Origin: Nemertoderma westbladi
Lineage: Eukaryota; Animalia; Xenacoelomorpha
Direction: 5' to 3'
Length of the DNA stretch: 64,000 nucleotides
Assembly (NCBI GenBank): GCA_032718475.1
Contig: JAUCBJ010008617.1
Span: forward strand, 16,932 to 80,931
The notes under the pieces are model-generated. The model was not told where the DNA came from. It was given only the letters and a program-made list of their open reading frames with translations, and did no database searches. This document shows positions 1-13,076 of the stretch, in pieces (position 1 is the first letter of the stretch; the number at the start of each line of letters is the position of its first letter). Position numbers and translations under genes: made by a program.

Positions 1-729
1 ATTAATTAAAGAAAATACTAATGTATTTCGTAACATGTACGGAGTGTCGTATCCAAGAGCACTGGATTCCTTTAAAAATGGGAAATCTTCTAGTTCCAAA
101 GGAGTACTAGCACTTGGCAAGTTTCCTTTCCCAGCAGCCTTTAAGGATTGCATTCGTTTGTTATATATTTTCTGAGTTTTCCGGAATTCAAAACGTTCTA
201 GTACATTACCATAGTCAAGATCTTCTCTTAAGTAACGAATAATACCGAAATAATAGGCATGTAGTGTTGTTGTCTCGAATTTATCGCCATTTGCCTTTTT
301 GTAACGTTTGATAAAACTATTGACATTGTTGTCAAGCATGATTATACTCATCTGTTCAATAGGAATGTGACATTTGATAGATTTTAAAATTTCGAAAATG
401 TAGATATTGTTTGGTATTTTGCCTTGTGTTATGATTTTTGTGTAATTTTAAGTATTCGTCATTTACTGAAATCTTGAGAAAGTCGTAAATTTACATCACT
501 CACTACATCAGCATCCAAAATGCCACTACTGTCATTTTCGGAACCAATGAAACTGGAAGTGAGACTATCATCTGGCTGGCTCGCTATCTTCTAGGACTAT
601 ACTTGTACCAGTAGTTTCAGGACTTACACCGGTGTTGGGATTCCCATTTTCTTCGAGTTCCATTTCGAAATCAGAAAATAAGGCGTTTACAACATCATCT
701 GTCAGACTATTGCTGGCATTGTAATTCAT
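1..729 (-). pseudogene. Crypton-type (DUF3504 / KCTD1-ZMYM-QRICH1-like) tyrosine recombinase transposon ORF, N-terminal part, frameshifted, runs off the window
   Basis: Hand translation of 360->1 (not in the ORF track) gives IEQMSIIMLDNNVNSFIKRYKKANGDKFETTTLHAYYFGIIRYLREDLDY...MQSLKAAGKGNLPSASTPL...ALGYDTPYMLRNTLVF, which matches the KxxGxxY/F..RYL..LKxxGKGNxP..LG..TP..L pattern of Crypton proteins. An acidic leader starts at an ATG near 729. Confidence 0.7.
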
Positions 730-950
730 ATTTTATGTACACCTAGTCTAGTCAGAGTGTAGTACCATACCGATATGGGGTTCTCTAAAGCGGAATTGAA
801 AGTATTGGACCAGGCAGAATACAGTACTGCAGTATGCCTACCAATTGACCAATATATAGGCCTACTGAGTTTTGAAAATACACAGAAGCTAAACTGAAAG
901 TATCCGACCTTGTTGCGTTGCAGAACCGGTAATGGTAGGTGATTCTAAAA

Positions 951-3900
951 ATGGTGCCCACGCAACGCTGCTGCACTTGCTGCAGTGGGGCTTGTTGGGG
1001 GTGTAGGTGCTCCAAAGCTGGAGTTCCCTGCATCTCGTGCACTCCACTAACCCTCAACAAATGCACCAATGGACCAACGGCAACCGTCCTTCCAGCCAGT
1101 TCGTCGACGAATCATTCCTCTCCGAATTCATCATCTCAACCCACGGTTCTACACTCGACCTCGTCCTCGTCCACCTCCCTAGACTCTGGTTTAGATGACA
1201 TGGATACCACTCTGGTACCCAAACCTGAGGGTCCCCTTGCTCCGACTGCTGTTTTCTCCCTGGTGGAATCCATCGAGTCAGCCTTCGGAGGCGTCTGGGT
1301 CAACGAACCGGGCACCTCTACCGACTCCTTCTGGGCGGACATACACGAGCGCCTAACACACCTGCCATCGCGGCGGTACTTTGTTCCCAGCGGAAATGTT
1401 GGTAGGAGAGCAGCGGGGATGCTCACGGACGAGATCGCAGAACCTGCAGGGTAGTCCCCGGCCAGTGGGTGGTGACGCGGAGTTCTGGAACTCGCTACTG
1501 ATGCGGTACGACACCCATAGTAGCCAGCTCCGGGAAGCATTCGCGGCCCTCGCGCGTCGGATGGTGGACTCGGTGATTCCGGGCTCTCTGAGCCTGTCGA
1601 CTTGTCGCCCTCAACAAACAGCCGGGTGTTCGACTGATCGGAGTCGGGGAGGTCCCCTACAGACTCCTTGCAAACTGTATCGTCTCTACTACTGGTTCCA
1701 ATATCGGCCAGGTGTGCAGGGCAGACCAGCTGTATGGCGGGTTGAAGGCGGGAATCGAGGGCGCGGTACACTCCATGACCAGGCTTTTCGACCAGGAGGA
1801 ATCCGACTGCATTCTGCTCGTGGATGCCAAAAACGCATTCAACTCCATCAGCCTCACTGCTGTATCAACTGGCACAGATGCTCGCGGTTTATGTTCAATG
1901 CCTACAACGGCCACGCTGCTCTCTACCTCCCAGGCCAGGAGAGAACCCTCCCATCTGGAGCAAAGAGGGATATATGCAGGGCGACCCACTTGCAATGGGT
2001 GGATATGGTTGCTCCTCGTTGCCACTGATCTGGGTTCTCCGCAGTGTTGCAGCTTCTTCACAGGCAGTGCAGGCGGTTGTCGCGCCCATACCGGAATCAT
2101 TCGTTCCTCTGACTACACCGGCGGTGCAGGCAGTTGTCGCGCCAGTAATAGACTCATTCCTCCATCTTCACCAACGGTGCAGGCATCTGTCGCGCCCGTA
2201 ATGGACTCAATTGTTCCTCCGACTTCACCCGGGGTGCAGGCGGTTGTCGCGCCAGTAACAGACTCAGACGTTTCTCTGACTTCACCGGCGGTGCAGGCTG
2301 TTGTCGTGCCCCTAACGGACCCAGTCGTTCCTCCGACCTCACCAGCAGTGCAGGCGGTTGTCGTGCCCATAATGGACTCGGTTGTTCCTCCGAACTCACT
2401 GGCGGTGCAGGTGCAGGCATTTGTCGCACCCGTAATGGACTCGATTGTTCCCCAGATTTCACCGGCGGTGCAGGCAGTTGTCGCGCCAGTAACAGACTCG
2501 GTTGTTCCTCCGACTTCACCGGCGGTGCACGTGGTCATCGCGCCCATAACACACTCGATTGTCCCTCTGACTTCACAGGCAGTGCAGGCGGTTGTCGCGC
2601 CAGTAATGGAGTCTGTCGTTCCTCCGATTTCACCAGCGGTGCAGGTGGTTGTCGCACCCGTAACAAACTCAGATGTTTCTCCGACTTCACCGGCAGTACA
2701 GGCTGATGTTGCACCCCTAATGGACCCGGTCATTCCCCCTACTTCACCAGCGGTGCAAGAACCATGCAACAAGCGCTCGGACTGCTGCCAGTGTTGGTAC
2801 GCTGACGATGCCTTGGCTGTTGGCAGACTGGCAGCTGTACATCGGTGGTGGCTGATGCTGAAAGAATTAGGCCCCTCAATCGGATACTTCCCCGAGCCGA
2901 GTAAGAGTCAGTTGGTTATCAAACACAGACTGGAAGACGCTGCCCACAAGATATTCGGCTCCAGCGGTGTCTGGATATCCCACGGCCACTACTTTCTTGT
3001 AGGCTATGTTGGCAACTCCGTTGGCAAGCGGGCGTTTCTAGCGGAGAAGGTGTCTGGCAGGACGAAGTCCATCGACATCCTAGCGGATGTCGCAACAGAG
3101 TTCCCTCAGACAGCCCACTCAGCGATGAGCCCGTTGTCTGCAAGCTGACTACATCCTCCGGGTGTGCAACCCACACAAGTCAGAACTTGCTCCGATCCGG
3201 TCGATGTTGGTCAACCGATACATCCCCTCTCTTTTCGGTTCGACCCCCAGCCCGGCCCTTGATTGGCTCTTGCTTCTCCCGGTCCGACACGGTGGTCTAG
3301 GCATCCAGGATCCCATTGAGCAATCCGGGCCGGCCCATCTCGCATCGACTTCCAGTACTGCTAGGGTTGTGGAGGCCATAGAGACTCTGGTGGGCGTCTC
3401 CACGTTGCTGACCACGTCGCCTGCCTCAAGACAGCCCTTGTCGAGTGTCGACAGACACAGGACGCCACCTGTAAGGCCAAATTCGAGGCCTCTCTGGCGG
3501 CGTTCCTACTTGATCGGCGCCAAACTGTCAGCCGGGCGGTGAAATACAAGACTGGTGGATGGCTCTCCACGCAACCCTCGCCCATAGACCACACCAACCT
3601 GGACCCGCAGTCTTTTCGGGACAACCTCGCGTTGCGTATAGTATGGCGCCCCCAGACCTTCCAGTAAACTGCGAGGGCTGCAGCGAGCCCTTGGACACTG
3701 CGCACGCTCTCAGCTGCAAGTTTGGAGGGCTAGTTATTCGCCGGCACAATGAGATCAGGGACGTGTTTGGTGACCTTCTTGTGGAGGCCTTCGGTGCGAC
3801 TAACGTCGAGCGGGAGGTCACCCTGGCCAAAGGTCACCTGGTCTTGGATGGGCAGGCGGTGGAGGGGGTGAGGGCGGATTTGGTATCCAGGGGTGTTTGG

Positions 3901-4315
3901 GCAAACCAGGTAGTGGCGTCTTTCGACGTATCGATTATAAATCTCGACGCCACTTCCTATGTTCGCTCCAACACCTCAACGGAGACCTTACTCGCCCAGA
4001 GGGAGCGGGTCTAGCAGGCGCACTACCAGGAGGCCTGTTACCTTCACCTTCACCCCATTGGTGTGTTCCACTGATGGTGTGTGGGGTGCGGAGGTGGCTG
4101 TATTCATTCGGCACCATGCAGAGACCCTATGCTCTAAGAGGGTCGGGATGAGACAGCGGGGTTTGGGAGAGGTTTTGGGTGTGGTGAGGTGGTGGCTGCA
4201 GTTTGGTCTCCTTCGGGCGATCTCTCTGTGCCTCCGGGGTGGTAGGAGGCCGTGGCAGGGCCTCGGGTTTGGGGATGGGGCGGGGATTCGGGGTGTTGAC
4301 CCAGATATGTACTGA
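951..4315 (+). pseudogene. CRE polyprotein (Cys-rich domain, reverse transcriptase, zinc knuckle, restriction-like endonuclease) broken by stops and frameshifts
   Basis: Consecutive pieces lie in ORFs 939-1454, 1381-2028, 1712-3148, 1824-2201, 3162-3542, 3559-4014 and 3959-4315. Confidence 0.85.
2056..2760 (+). repeat. 57-bp (19-codon) tandem array, about 12 units, inside the CRE RT
   Basis: A gtgcagg-type anchor recurs at 2067, 2124, 2177, 2234, 2291, 2348, 2405/2411, 2468, 2525, 2582, 2639, 2696 and 2753. Peptide unit is PPTSPAVQAVVAPVTDSVV. Confidence 0.95.
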
Positions 4316-5119
4316 TTACATATCTGTTTCTTTATTGTAAATATTTACTGTTAACCTGTGCTTCAATCTTAATTATTCTACTTAGTTAATTTGTGATCAT
4401 TTGTGCTTCACCTGATTTTATATTTTATTAATGGAATAATAAAAAGTTATGATTTTGTTGAAAAAAAAAAATAATACCTACCAACAGTGCGAAGTGTAGG
4501 TTACACTTCGCAGTGGGTACAGCCTGGAGAAAAAGAGATGACAGAGCTGTCAAAGTGCGTTCAAAATGCGATACAAAACGACCAGTGTCACAGCGAAGTG
4601 TATCTGTGAATCAGGCTTTATATATAAGGTCCTACTGGTTGGACTGTATAATAGTTTTAAACTACAGTAGTAACTTGCTTGGCCTGCATTTCTAAACTGA
4701 TGTTTGTTTAGTCACTAGGCAACCATTCTGTTGCTAAGCTAAATGTAGAATAAGTGGGAAATAATATAGTTATTTTCCCTAGGGCAAAACGCCCTGTAGA
4801 AATACATTGTTCTTGTTATTTTCCCGCAAATTAATGTGTAATAACTATATTTTTTATTATTTGAACAGTGTGCATGGAAATATTCCCGCTCCCAATAGAG
4901 GCATTGCACAGTAGAGACCAATTAAATAATTAGTGTATAAAAAAGTCAAAATTTAAATTTGCAACTTATATACTGATTTTGGGTTCAGTTCTAGAATTCT
5001 TGCCTGGAAACCATTCCGCACACCAGACATGGTTGAAGCATACCATAACTTTGGCCCCTCATATCCGTAATATCAATTTTGTTTGGAAATGAGTAATGGA
5101 AATGTAAAAAAAAATAGTA

Positions 5120-5475
5120 ACCGTAATACAATTAAGTCAATATGGTAGGACAGTACTGCGTACACATACCAGGGTTAGATATTCATACGTAATACATTTC
5201 ATACAAATCAACCAACAATAATTATTTAACGAAAACTGGAAACAATCTCGAAATACAAGTTAAAAGAAGTATACATAATACAGTTAAGTCAATACTGTAG
5301 GATATAAATGTATACACACACCATGGTTAGATATTCATATGTAATACATATAATACAAATGAACTAACAATAATTAGAGAAAAAATGGAAACCATATAGA
5401 AATAAAGTATCCGTAATACAGTTTTAAGTCACTACTGTAGGACAAAAATGTACACACAGACACCAGGGTTAAACA
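5120..5475. repeat. Degenerate tandem repeat, about 3 copies of 135-155 bp
   Basis: The pattern aataca..taagtca.ta.tgtagga...tacaca..cca.ggtta recurs at about 5125, 5277 and 5415. Confidence 0.65.
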
Positions 5476-5503
5476 AAAAGTGGAAATAATCTCGAAATGC
5501 AAA

Positions 5504-5843
5504 TTAATTAGCAAGTCGTAGGACTTGATTACTGTAAGAATTGTTGGCTGATTGACTGGCTGGCTGGCTGACTGGCTGGCTGGCTGACTGACTGACTGAT
5601 CTACAGCCAAAACTACTCTAACGATTTCGATGAAATTTTCACAGCGGCTAGATACCGCGATTCTAAGGTCCCTGGTATGTTCCGCTATTTCGTCCATGAG
5701 CCATGGGCTCGAAAAATAGACATAAACGAAAAAACGCCATAGGCGCAATGGTAAAATAACACCAATGACAGCTTGTTGATGGAATTTACATTTGATTGAT
5801 GACTTCCGACTTGCTTAACGGCGTCTTGACGCCGTCTCTAGTT
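5504..5843 (+). mobile_element. Non-autonomous Helitron/Helentron-associated element (HINE/DINE-1-like)
   Basis: Subterminal inverted repeat agcaagtcg (5510-5518) / cgacttgct (5807-5815); internal (CTGG/CTGA)n microsatellite; terminal hairpin acggcgtc-tt-gacgccgt (5818-5835) followed by ctctagtt. Confidence 0.75.
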
Positions 5844-6679
5844 AAGGTAAATGTTAATTTACCTTAATTTTAAAATAAAATAAAATAATTTTAGTTCTGT
5901 AAATACTGTGGGCTAATTTGTATATGTATCACATATTAATATCTAACACTGAGAGTGTATGTACATTTCTTTCTGTCCTATATGATTGTTGTTATGGTTG
6001 GTGTGATGTGAATGAATAACATTTCTTATTTATGATTCCTGAAGCTGTTGTTTGGTTATATTGGTTTTTGGTGGAAGGAAATTTAAAGTGTACTCTAGTC
6101 AAAGTTTTTCGGTTCTTAGTTAATTCTGTTTACCGGTACCACTTGCCACCCAAAAGGGTTTTGAAATATTGCAATCATTTTATTTTTTACTTCATCCTAT
6201 CTAAATTCATCAAATCTAAATTATAAATTAGAAATATTTAATCCTTTGAAAATATATTAATTCTAATATTCAAATATATCATATTATTTAAATTGGATAT
6301 GGCGGATTCCACTCCTGGTCTCAATTTGACTTTTCAATAATCCAGAAGACAATAACACAGAAGACTGAAGAGTATCGAAATATACTGAAGAAGTCAGAAG
6401 TACTGTGAAACAGAATCTGTTAAGAATAAGTTTGTGAAATTCCCAACAGATGTTCAGAAACTCTTTTATGTTGCTTCATGTAGGTGTGTTCGTGCCACCA
6501 TATAGATGGCATGCCACTGAGGTCTTTATGAGTGTTTGGAGCTCATTCTCCCCATTTTGTGGAAATGTATAGGACAAATAGAGTCCCTCAAGAACTGAAA
6601 ACAAATAAATTGGTCTCAGCCCCAGAGGAGGGCAATCTAACAACCGTATTTTCCGATATTAACCGATATTTTCGTGTAA

Positions 6680-7365
6680 TCTCGCTAATCTTGATTGATA
6701 CAAAGCCATACAACAGAATTATATTAAATCACATCAGGGACCCTGTCGAGGGACTGTTACATGGGAACCAGAATGGGTTCAGTAAAGGTCGTGGAACCAT
6801 GGAGCCTATTCTGGCACTTCGAAGGATAATCAAAGAGTTATCAATAAAGAAAGACATGACATGCTATTATCTATGTTGACTTCTTTAAAGCCTACAATTC
6901 AGTCTCCCGACCCCATATGTTCAGCATACTGGCAGCATAGGGATTCCTGAGGAAATTATTGCAGCTATCATATCACTGTACAATAGCCATTCAAAGTCGT
7001 ATGGGGAGTCCTTCTGGGTGACACACTTGCACCATTTTTATTTGTAATTGTGGTTGATTTTGTTTTATTCACGTACTGAGACCATTTTAATAAATATGGG
7101 GTGATGGTAACACCCCCCACAGGCACAAGAGGTAGAGGAAATCCAGCAAAGTACCTTACTGATCTAGACTTTGCTGATGACTTAGAGGTACTGTCAGAAT
7201 CACTAGATGGAGCACAAAGACTCCTCTGCTTATTGGAGCAGGTGCTTCTATTGTTTGACTTTTTGTAAACTCAAAGAAGACCAAAATCATGACAGTTAAC
7301 CTAGACTGCCCTAAAGAAATGTCTAATCGTAAGGGCATAAGCTCTAAAGATGGCTCCCAGGAAGG
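6680..7365 (+). pseudogene. RTE-type LINE reverse transcriptase remnant, 5' part (split by the MULE insertion)
   Basis: YNRIILNHIR..NQNGFSKGRGT..ILALRRII, then VDFFKAYNSVSR, GDTLAPFLFVIVVD and DLDFADD in shifting frames. Confidence 0.8.
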
Positions 7366-8009
7366 GGATAGTTATTTTTACAGAACACAGCAGAACACAA
7401 TAGAATACAGGCGGAACATAGGCGAACACAGCTGTAATTAAAATCTACACCAAAAAATAGCACATTTGGGAAAGTACCATACTTAATCATACAACTGTAA
7501 GATGTCAATTACATATTTAAATTAAATGGCAGTTTTCCATATCCTCCAAAATAAATTACCTGATCAGAGTTGCCCGATCAGCGGTTCGGTTAGGCCTGTA
7601 CCTGTTACTATGTAGTCCAGTAGTCTGCCTGTCAGCCTGTTCCAGTACTGCAGTAGGCCTAGTGCTGTAGAGACATGTACAGACTGACAGACTGTACATT
7701 GTACAGGCAGACAGATATAGGCTTCCTACAGTCCTACTGTTCTATTGCAGTATTGCTGTATTGTCACTGCTGCGCTATCACACCGTCTGACCGTATTGCA
7801 TACCGCTATGCTGCTATTTGTACCGGTAAATCCTGAAATTCAGTATGACTGTAGGAGTAGAGGAGGTCTGGCTGCCTGGAGATAGGCTCACTTTTATTTC
7901 ATAGTTCCTACTTAGCAGCTTGGTGTGGTTTGTAGGTCAGTCTGTCGTCAATAGCCTTCCTGCCTTTGCTTTATGCCTACCGCTGTGTACAGTGCAGCTT
8001 AACACAGTA

Positions 8010-11000
8010 CGGCCCTTAAATGCCAAAACCGTCTAACTCATTTTTACATAGTTTTGAGAAAAACGCAAAATGCTTTCCGGGCCTGTCATTTGATTTCTGA
8101 TTGGTGGAAATCCTGTAAAATGATGTCATTAGGTAAGTCATAGTCATAGAATTGTTTGAACAGCTTATTTTGAACTGAAACTCCTATCTACATAGTGTAA
8201 TGTGAGATAGAGCGTATTTGCTTTTATGTTTTCATAGACATTTGTATGCCAAAACCGTCTATCTCAGAGTTAGTCTGTTTTGGCATGTATAAATTTGCTG
8301 TATAACCTGGAGTTCTAGATATTCATTTATGCCAAAACCGTCTATCTCAGATATAGTCTGTTTTGGAATAATTAGATTTGTTGTTTAATATCAATAATCT
8401 TAAGTTCCAGAATATTTTATATATTGGTTGAGGGTGGGTGTTGGATGTGTAAACGCAACAGGTTGGAGTGAGGGGGTGGGGTGTGGGTTGGTTGGTGGTT
8501 GAGTAGGAGGTTTTGTGGCTGGAAGCTGGAAGGCCATAGTAAAGTAAAGCAGTAGGTAATAGAATAATGTGGAAACAACATAATTTATCAAATTATGATT
8601 ATCTAATATTATTGAGGTTCTATTGATATTATTCAAATTTACTAATAACTAATTAATTTATAACAATCGATTTGTATTGAATGTAATAAACAAGCATACA
8701 AAGGTTGTTTATAGTTCTCAAAAAGACACAAATCACAGCAAACCAATCTAACTCTCATAATACTCGTACTTGTTATACTCCTCAGTCAATCTCCATTGTT
8801 CGATCAAAATCAGAAGTGAGATCCTTTGCACTGTCTTTAGTTTGTATATCTTCCCAGAATTTCCACCTATTAAGAGGCATGATTGGAACTAACTTATCGA
8901 CTATATGTGTTTTCTTTGCAGTTTGCAGACCTTGGGATTCTACTTTCAATTTCGGTAAAACCTCAACATTAAATTTCCGTTGTAGGAACTCCTCCCCCTT
9001 ATATGTATGCATTGGTTGATCTAACTCAGTTTTGAACTCAGTTTTAAAGCCCATATGTCGAACACCCTTTTGAAACTTAACTTCCACAACATCTTGTAGA
9101 TAAGGTGGGTGCATTGATTTTGCATTAGATTTTTATGCTGCCACATATATGGCACGGGATTGAGGATCTTAACATTCTTACGTGATGTCTCAATAAGATC
9201 CTTCAGTCTTCAGATCATCAATATCATAGGCTGTTCGTTTAGATGATATCTTTTGCTCGATGTTACCATGAATCGAGTCGGCTAACATGTGTGTATGACC
9301 TTTGGTCAAATATTTCAAGGTGATAGTATGTGGTCCACTGTTACTATTGACAATATTCACACAAGAGGTATATAGGTACCAGTTCTTATTTTGACTAGTA
9401 CAATTGTCAAGCCACAGTATGAAATGTTTAATATCCCTCTCACACTTTATGACAGCGAACACTGCATCTATTATGTTATCAGCATCACGACCTTGTTCAC
9501 CTTCATGCCATACAACACAGTAATGGTGATAATCGATGTCTTTGGAATTCATGCGTGCGAATGTTTCATTGAAGACCACTAGCTTGCTGATGAAGAAAGC
9601 TTCCTTACTGGATGGCATGTAAGGTAAATATATGCACTTTTGCATGTCCATGGCAAAAACAGCCACATCAGGGGAGTCAATTGCTATATCGGCAGTATAC
9701 ATTTCATGAGCATCTCTGGCGATTTTCTTATGCTTCATATATTCTGGGTTATCCATATCATTTACAACTTTATATGATTCGCACAGATAACATTCGTCAG
9801 CTTTTGGTTCACAAAAACTGATGTTCATCGCTTTTATTTGTGACCGGTATGTAGAGACTGTCATTTTCAAATCGGGATACTTCGATTTCATGTCATTAAA
9901 CATCATAGGAACATGAAGATGGCGAGGTAAATACTTAACATTTGGAGCATGGTATCTCCGGTATTTGGAGCATGGTATCTCTGGTAATGTGACACAGCTG
10001 GATTATAACTATTAATATGTTGTTGAATTAAATCCAATGTTTATTTAGAAATCTTTCTGCTTTCTTGCATACCACCATGAGCATCTTTCAATTGCTTCAA
10101 ATTCCCATTGCTCCGTTTTATTGCCCTTGCAATTTATTGAAAATTGCCCCATTTTTATAACCCAATGTTCTTAAGAATGTTGTTTTACAAACAAGTGTTT
10201 TGAATCCAGTAGCATCTGGCAGATAAAAACTACGAGACTCGCCCCTTCTTGATGGACTACTAGTAGTTCACTGCTTGACAATTTTTCGCTGAATGTGAGA
10301 TTCAATCCAACATCTCCTTGCGTTATAGTTCATTGTCCAAAATGTGTTATGTATAACTCGCCTTTGATCTTCCGACAACGATTTACAATGCCGCCCAGGG
10401 CATTTCCCTAGACATGGATGTGGATTGAATTCGTGCATATCCTGCCCTTTCTTGCGTTTCTCAGATGAGGTCAGTCGGGGGAACTTTATAATTTCTCTTC
10501 GCTTTCGCACACGGCTAGTTGTAATAGCACTAGTGGCACTCGTAGTGCATGACATGGTAGTATTATCATTGAGCACATATTCACCAACAGCATCACTCTC
10601 AGAATCGGACCCATTATTAATAGATATCAGGTCCTCGAGTTCTTCAATATCATCTTCAACAAAATTTCCTTCCTCAGAATGCATAGAAAAATCATTTCAA
10701 ATATTATCAAGATCCATAGAAGATTCAACAAGAGTATTACTAGTAACAATTTCAACTCCCTCTAACACAACCTCAGCTTCTCCCTCAGTCTCTGTAAATG
10801 AAACAAGCACAGGTGGGATTGCAGCTTGGGGTCCAATCATTGGATGTAATTTGCGCACCTAAAAATAAAAAATTTAAAATAATATGTAAAATATAAAGCA
10901 TATGTTATAATTTTAAGTCCACCTGTAAGTGTATAAAATTAAAAAAGTCATAAATCTCCAGAAACAGTTGGCCCTGGGACAGTAACCCCCCAGACAATAG

Positions 11001-12814
11001 CCCCACGGAATATGGAATGCTCTGCCTTGTGAATTTAGAACGGCATCTTCAATAATCTCCTTCAAGAAGCTACTGAAGTTCCACTGCTATCAAAGGTTTG
11101 CACGTAATTTGAGAAAAATCCATGGATGTATGCAAAAGTTATTGCAAATTTAGTGTCTGGGCTGCGAACTCTAAAACGGAACTCAATATCCAATATCGGT
11201 AATAAATATTCCAGAACATTAAATTATTTAACATTAAGTAAGGTAGCATCAGGAGTTGAAGAGTACAGTAATTTGAATTACAGTAACTATGGAAGCAATA
11301 GAGTAAAATACTACAGTTCAATTTATTTTGTAACACTATATCGCTCTATCTTTTATTTAAGAATTGAGCACCAACAAATTTGAATAATAAAATTACGTAT
11401 TACATGGGAAAAAAAAGTATACCATTGTTTTCAATATTCTCTCGAGCCTTTTTAAACCTTGCTGACCTGCAGTAAATAAATTGCTTCGAGAATAGTGAAA
11501 AAAAGTTATACTTTTTTTCCATGTAATAAATAATTATATTATTATTTTTTATTATTATTACAGTTAATGATAATTAGTTGAACGACGGTAACTAAATAAA
11601 TTATTTGTGTTCACTTATTTATTATTTTTTAAATATCACTGAAATTCTACAATATTGAATAGCTAATTGCTTTGACGTGTATGACTATTGCAAATTATTG
11701 TTGAGGGCTATTTACATTGAGTCCTTTACATTAATCATTTTACCAATTAACAAGTGTTTATATAAAAACACTGAAATTGTCAAACATGTGCTTGATGGAA
11801 CATGTGTCCCAAAACAATACAAAAGTTTGACAGAGTGTATGCCTAAACTATAATATGTATATATGTATGAGTGAGTAAGGTTTTAATAAATATGTGAATA
11901 CTAACTCACCACTTCATGAGCAGCAAATTCCTGAACCCATTCTGGTTCTGGACATGGAACAAAAGGTACGAAAGTTGGATTAGTCAAACATTGGGCAACC
12001 ATTTTCTTACTGCGGTAACAGCTCATTGTATGTCGATATCAATAACTAATTATCTAGTCAGATAGTCCAACTGCAAGCATTTAAATTACATTAGATGTTT
12101 TCACAAACTGATACACTGCCTTACAATTCACAGTAGACTCACGACCGAGACTCGAAATGCTGATTGGTAGTACCGGTAGGCCTACCACAGTAGTAAAATC
12201 GGTATTATAGACTTGTGAATGACTCATCGAGAGAAATCATTATACGCGTTTACATTGCAAACTTTACAAAGTAGAGAAAGCAACAACTGACCTGCCTATA
12301 AGTCAATAAGTCAGTTATTAATTGTATTGTAAATCACAGAGGATTCAATTTTACCGCGCAACTTAACACTACTACTAATACAGAGATACTATACACTAAT
12401 ACATCTACTAATACATCTAATACTGTATGAATAATTATTTGATATTGATTCCAACCGAATACAAGTCATACACAGATAGACGGTTTCGGCATAAAGGAAA
12501 CCATAAATTCGAACGAATTTTTAATCCCAAATCAATCCAAGTAAAGATAGACGGTTTTGGCATAAAGGAACCTATAAATTTAAACTTAGTGTTTAATCCC
12601 AAATCAATCCAAGTAAAGATAGACGGTTTTAGAATTTACTATTATAGACAGAAGTTGAGATAGACGGTTTTGGCAAAATTATAACTCCTTGGGACTTCAT
12701 AATTACGTCTTAAGACTTGGCTAGAAAGTTGCGCCTTGTTTTTCTGATTCCAAATATATGCATATGTCATTTTTCAAAAAAATTGAGTTAGACGGTTTTG
12801 GCATATAAGGGCCG
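8010..12814 (-). mobile_element. Sola1-like DNA transposon nested in the MULE
   Basis: TIR cggccctta(a/t)atgccaaaaccgtctaactca at both ends; 4-bp TSD agta (8006-8009, 12815-12818); repeated subterminal tgccaaaaccgtcta motifs; internal DDD transposase. Confidence 0.85.
8782..12002 (-). pseudogene. Sola1-like transposase, probably two exons (12002-11910; 10858-8782), with stops and frameshifts
   Basis: ORF 9190-9906 has DMQK..LP, WHEGEQGR, LWLDNCTSQNKN and GHTHMLADSIHGNIE. Upstream piece is 10268-10684 and downstream piece is 8782-9114. Confidence 0.8.
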
Positions 12815-13076
12815 AGTAACAGTAGGCCTAGTCAGCTATTTCTACCGGTAGACCTAACTGCCTGTTACCTACTCCTGTACTCTGCAACACACTAACACAG
12901 TTAGTCCTGTACAGCTGTAGTCATTTAGTAGCCTGGCAGCCTGGTGCTGGTGAGCTATTCCTGCAGTCCTGTATTCCAGTAAATAATTATGTAACCGGAG
13001 GCATTATTTATGTATTTATTTCTGTATATAGATTTTCATCTTAGGCTTAGGCCTACTGATTTTGAATGACTGATCC

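Larger units (their letters stand above)
845..4471 (+). mobile_element. CRE-clade (RLE-type) non-LTR retrotransposon, near full length, degenerate
   Basis: Cys-rich N-terminus (951); RT motifs LLVDAKNAFNS, QGDPLAM, WYADD; CxxC..H..C knuckle and RLE (RHNEIRD, RADL, FDV, FTPLVCSTDG); AATAAA and poly(A) at 4461-4471. Possible imperfect TSD atgcctaccaa (834-844) / atacctaccaa (4474-4484), so the 5' end is tentative. Confidence 0.85.

Noticed and set aside
2056-2760. CRISPR array, or a mucin/antifreeze-like host gene
   Set aside because: Units are contiguous homologous repeats with no unique spacers or cas genes, and they lie inside a retrotransposon RT. The antisense ORFs 2113-2772 and 2154-2519 are by-products.
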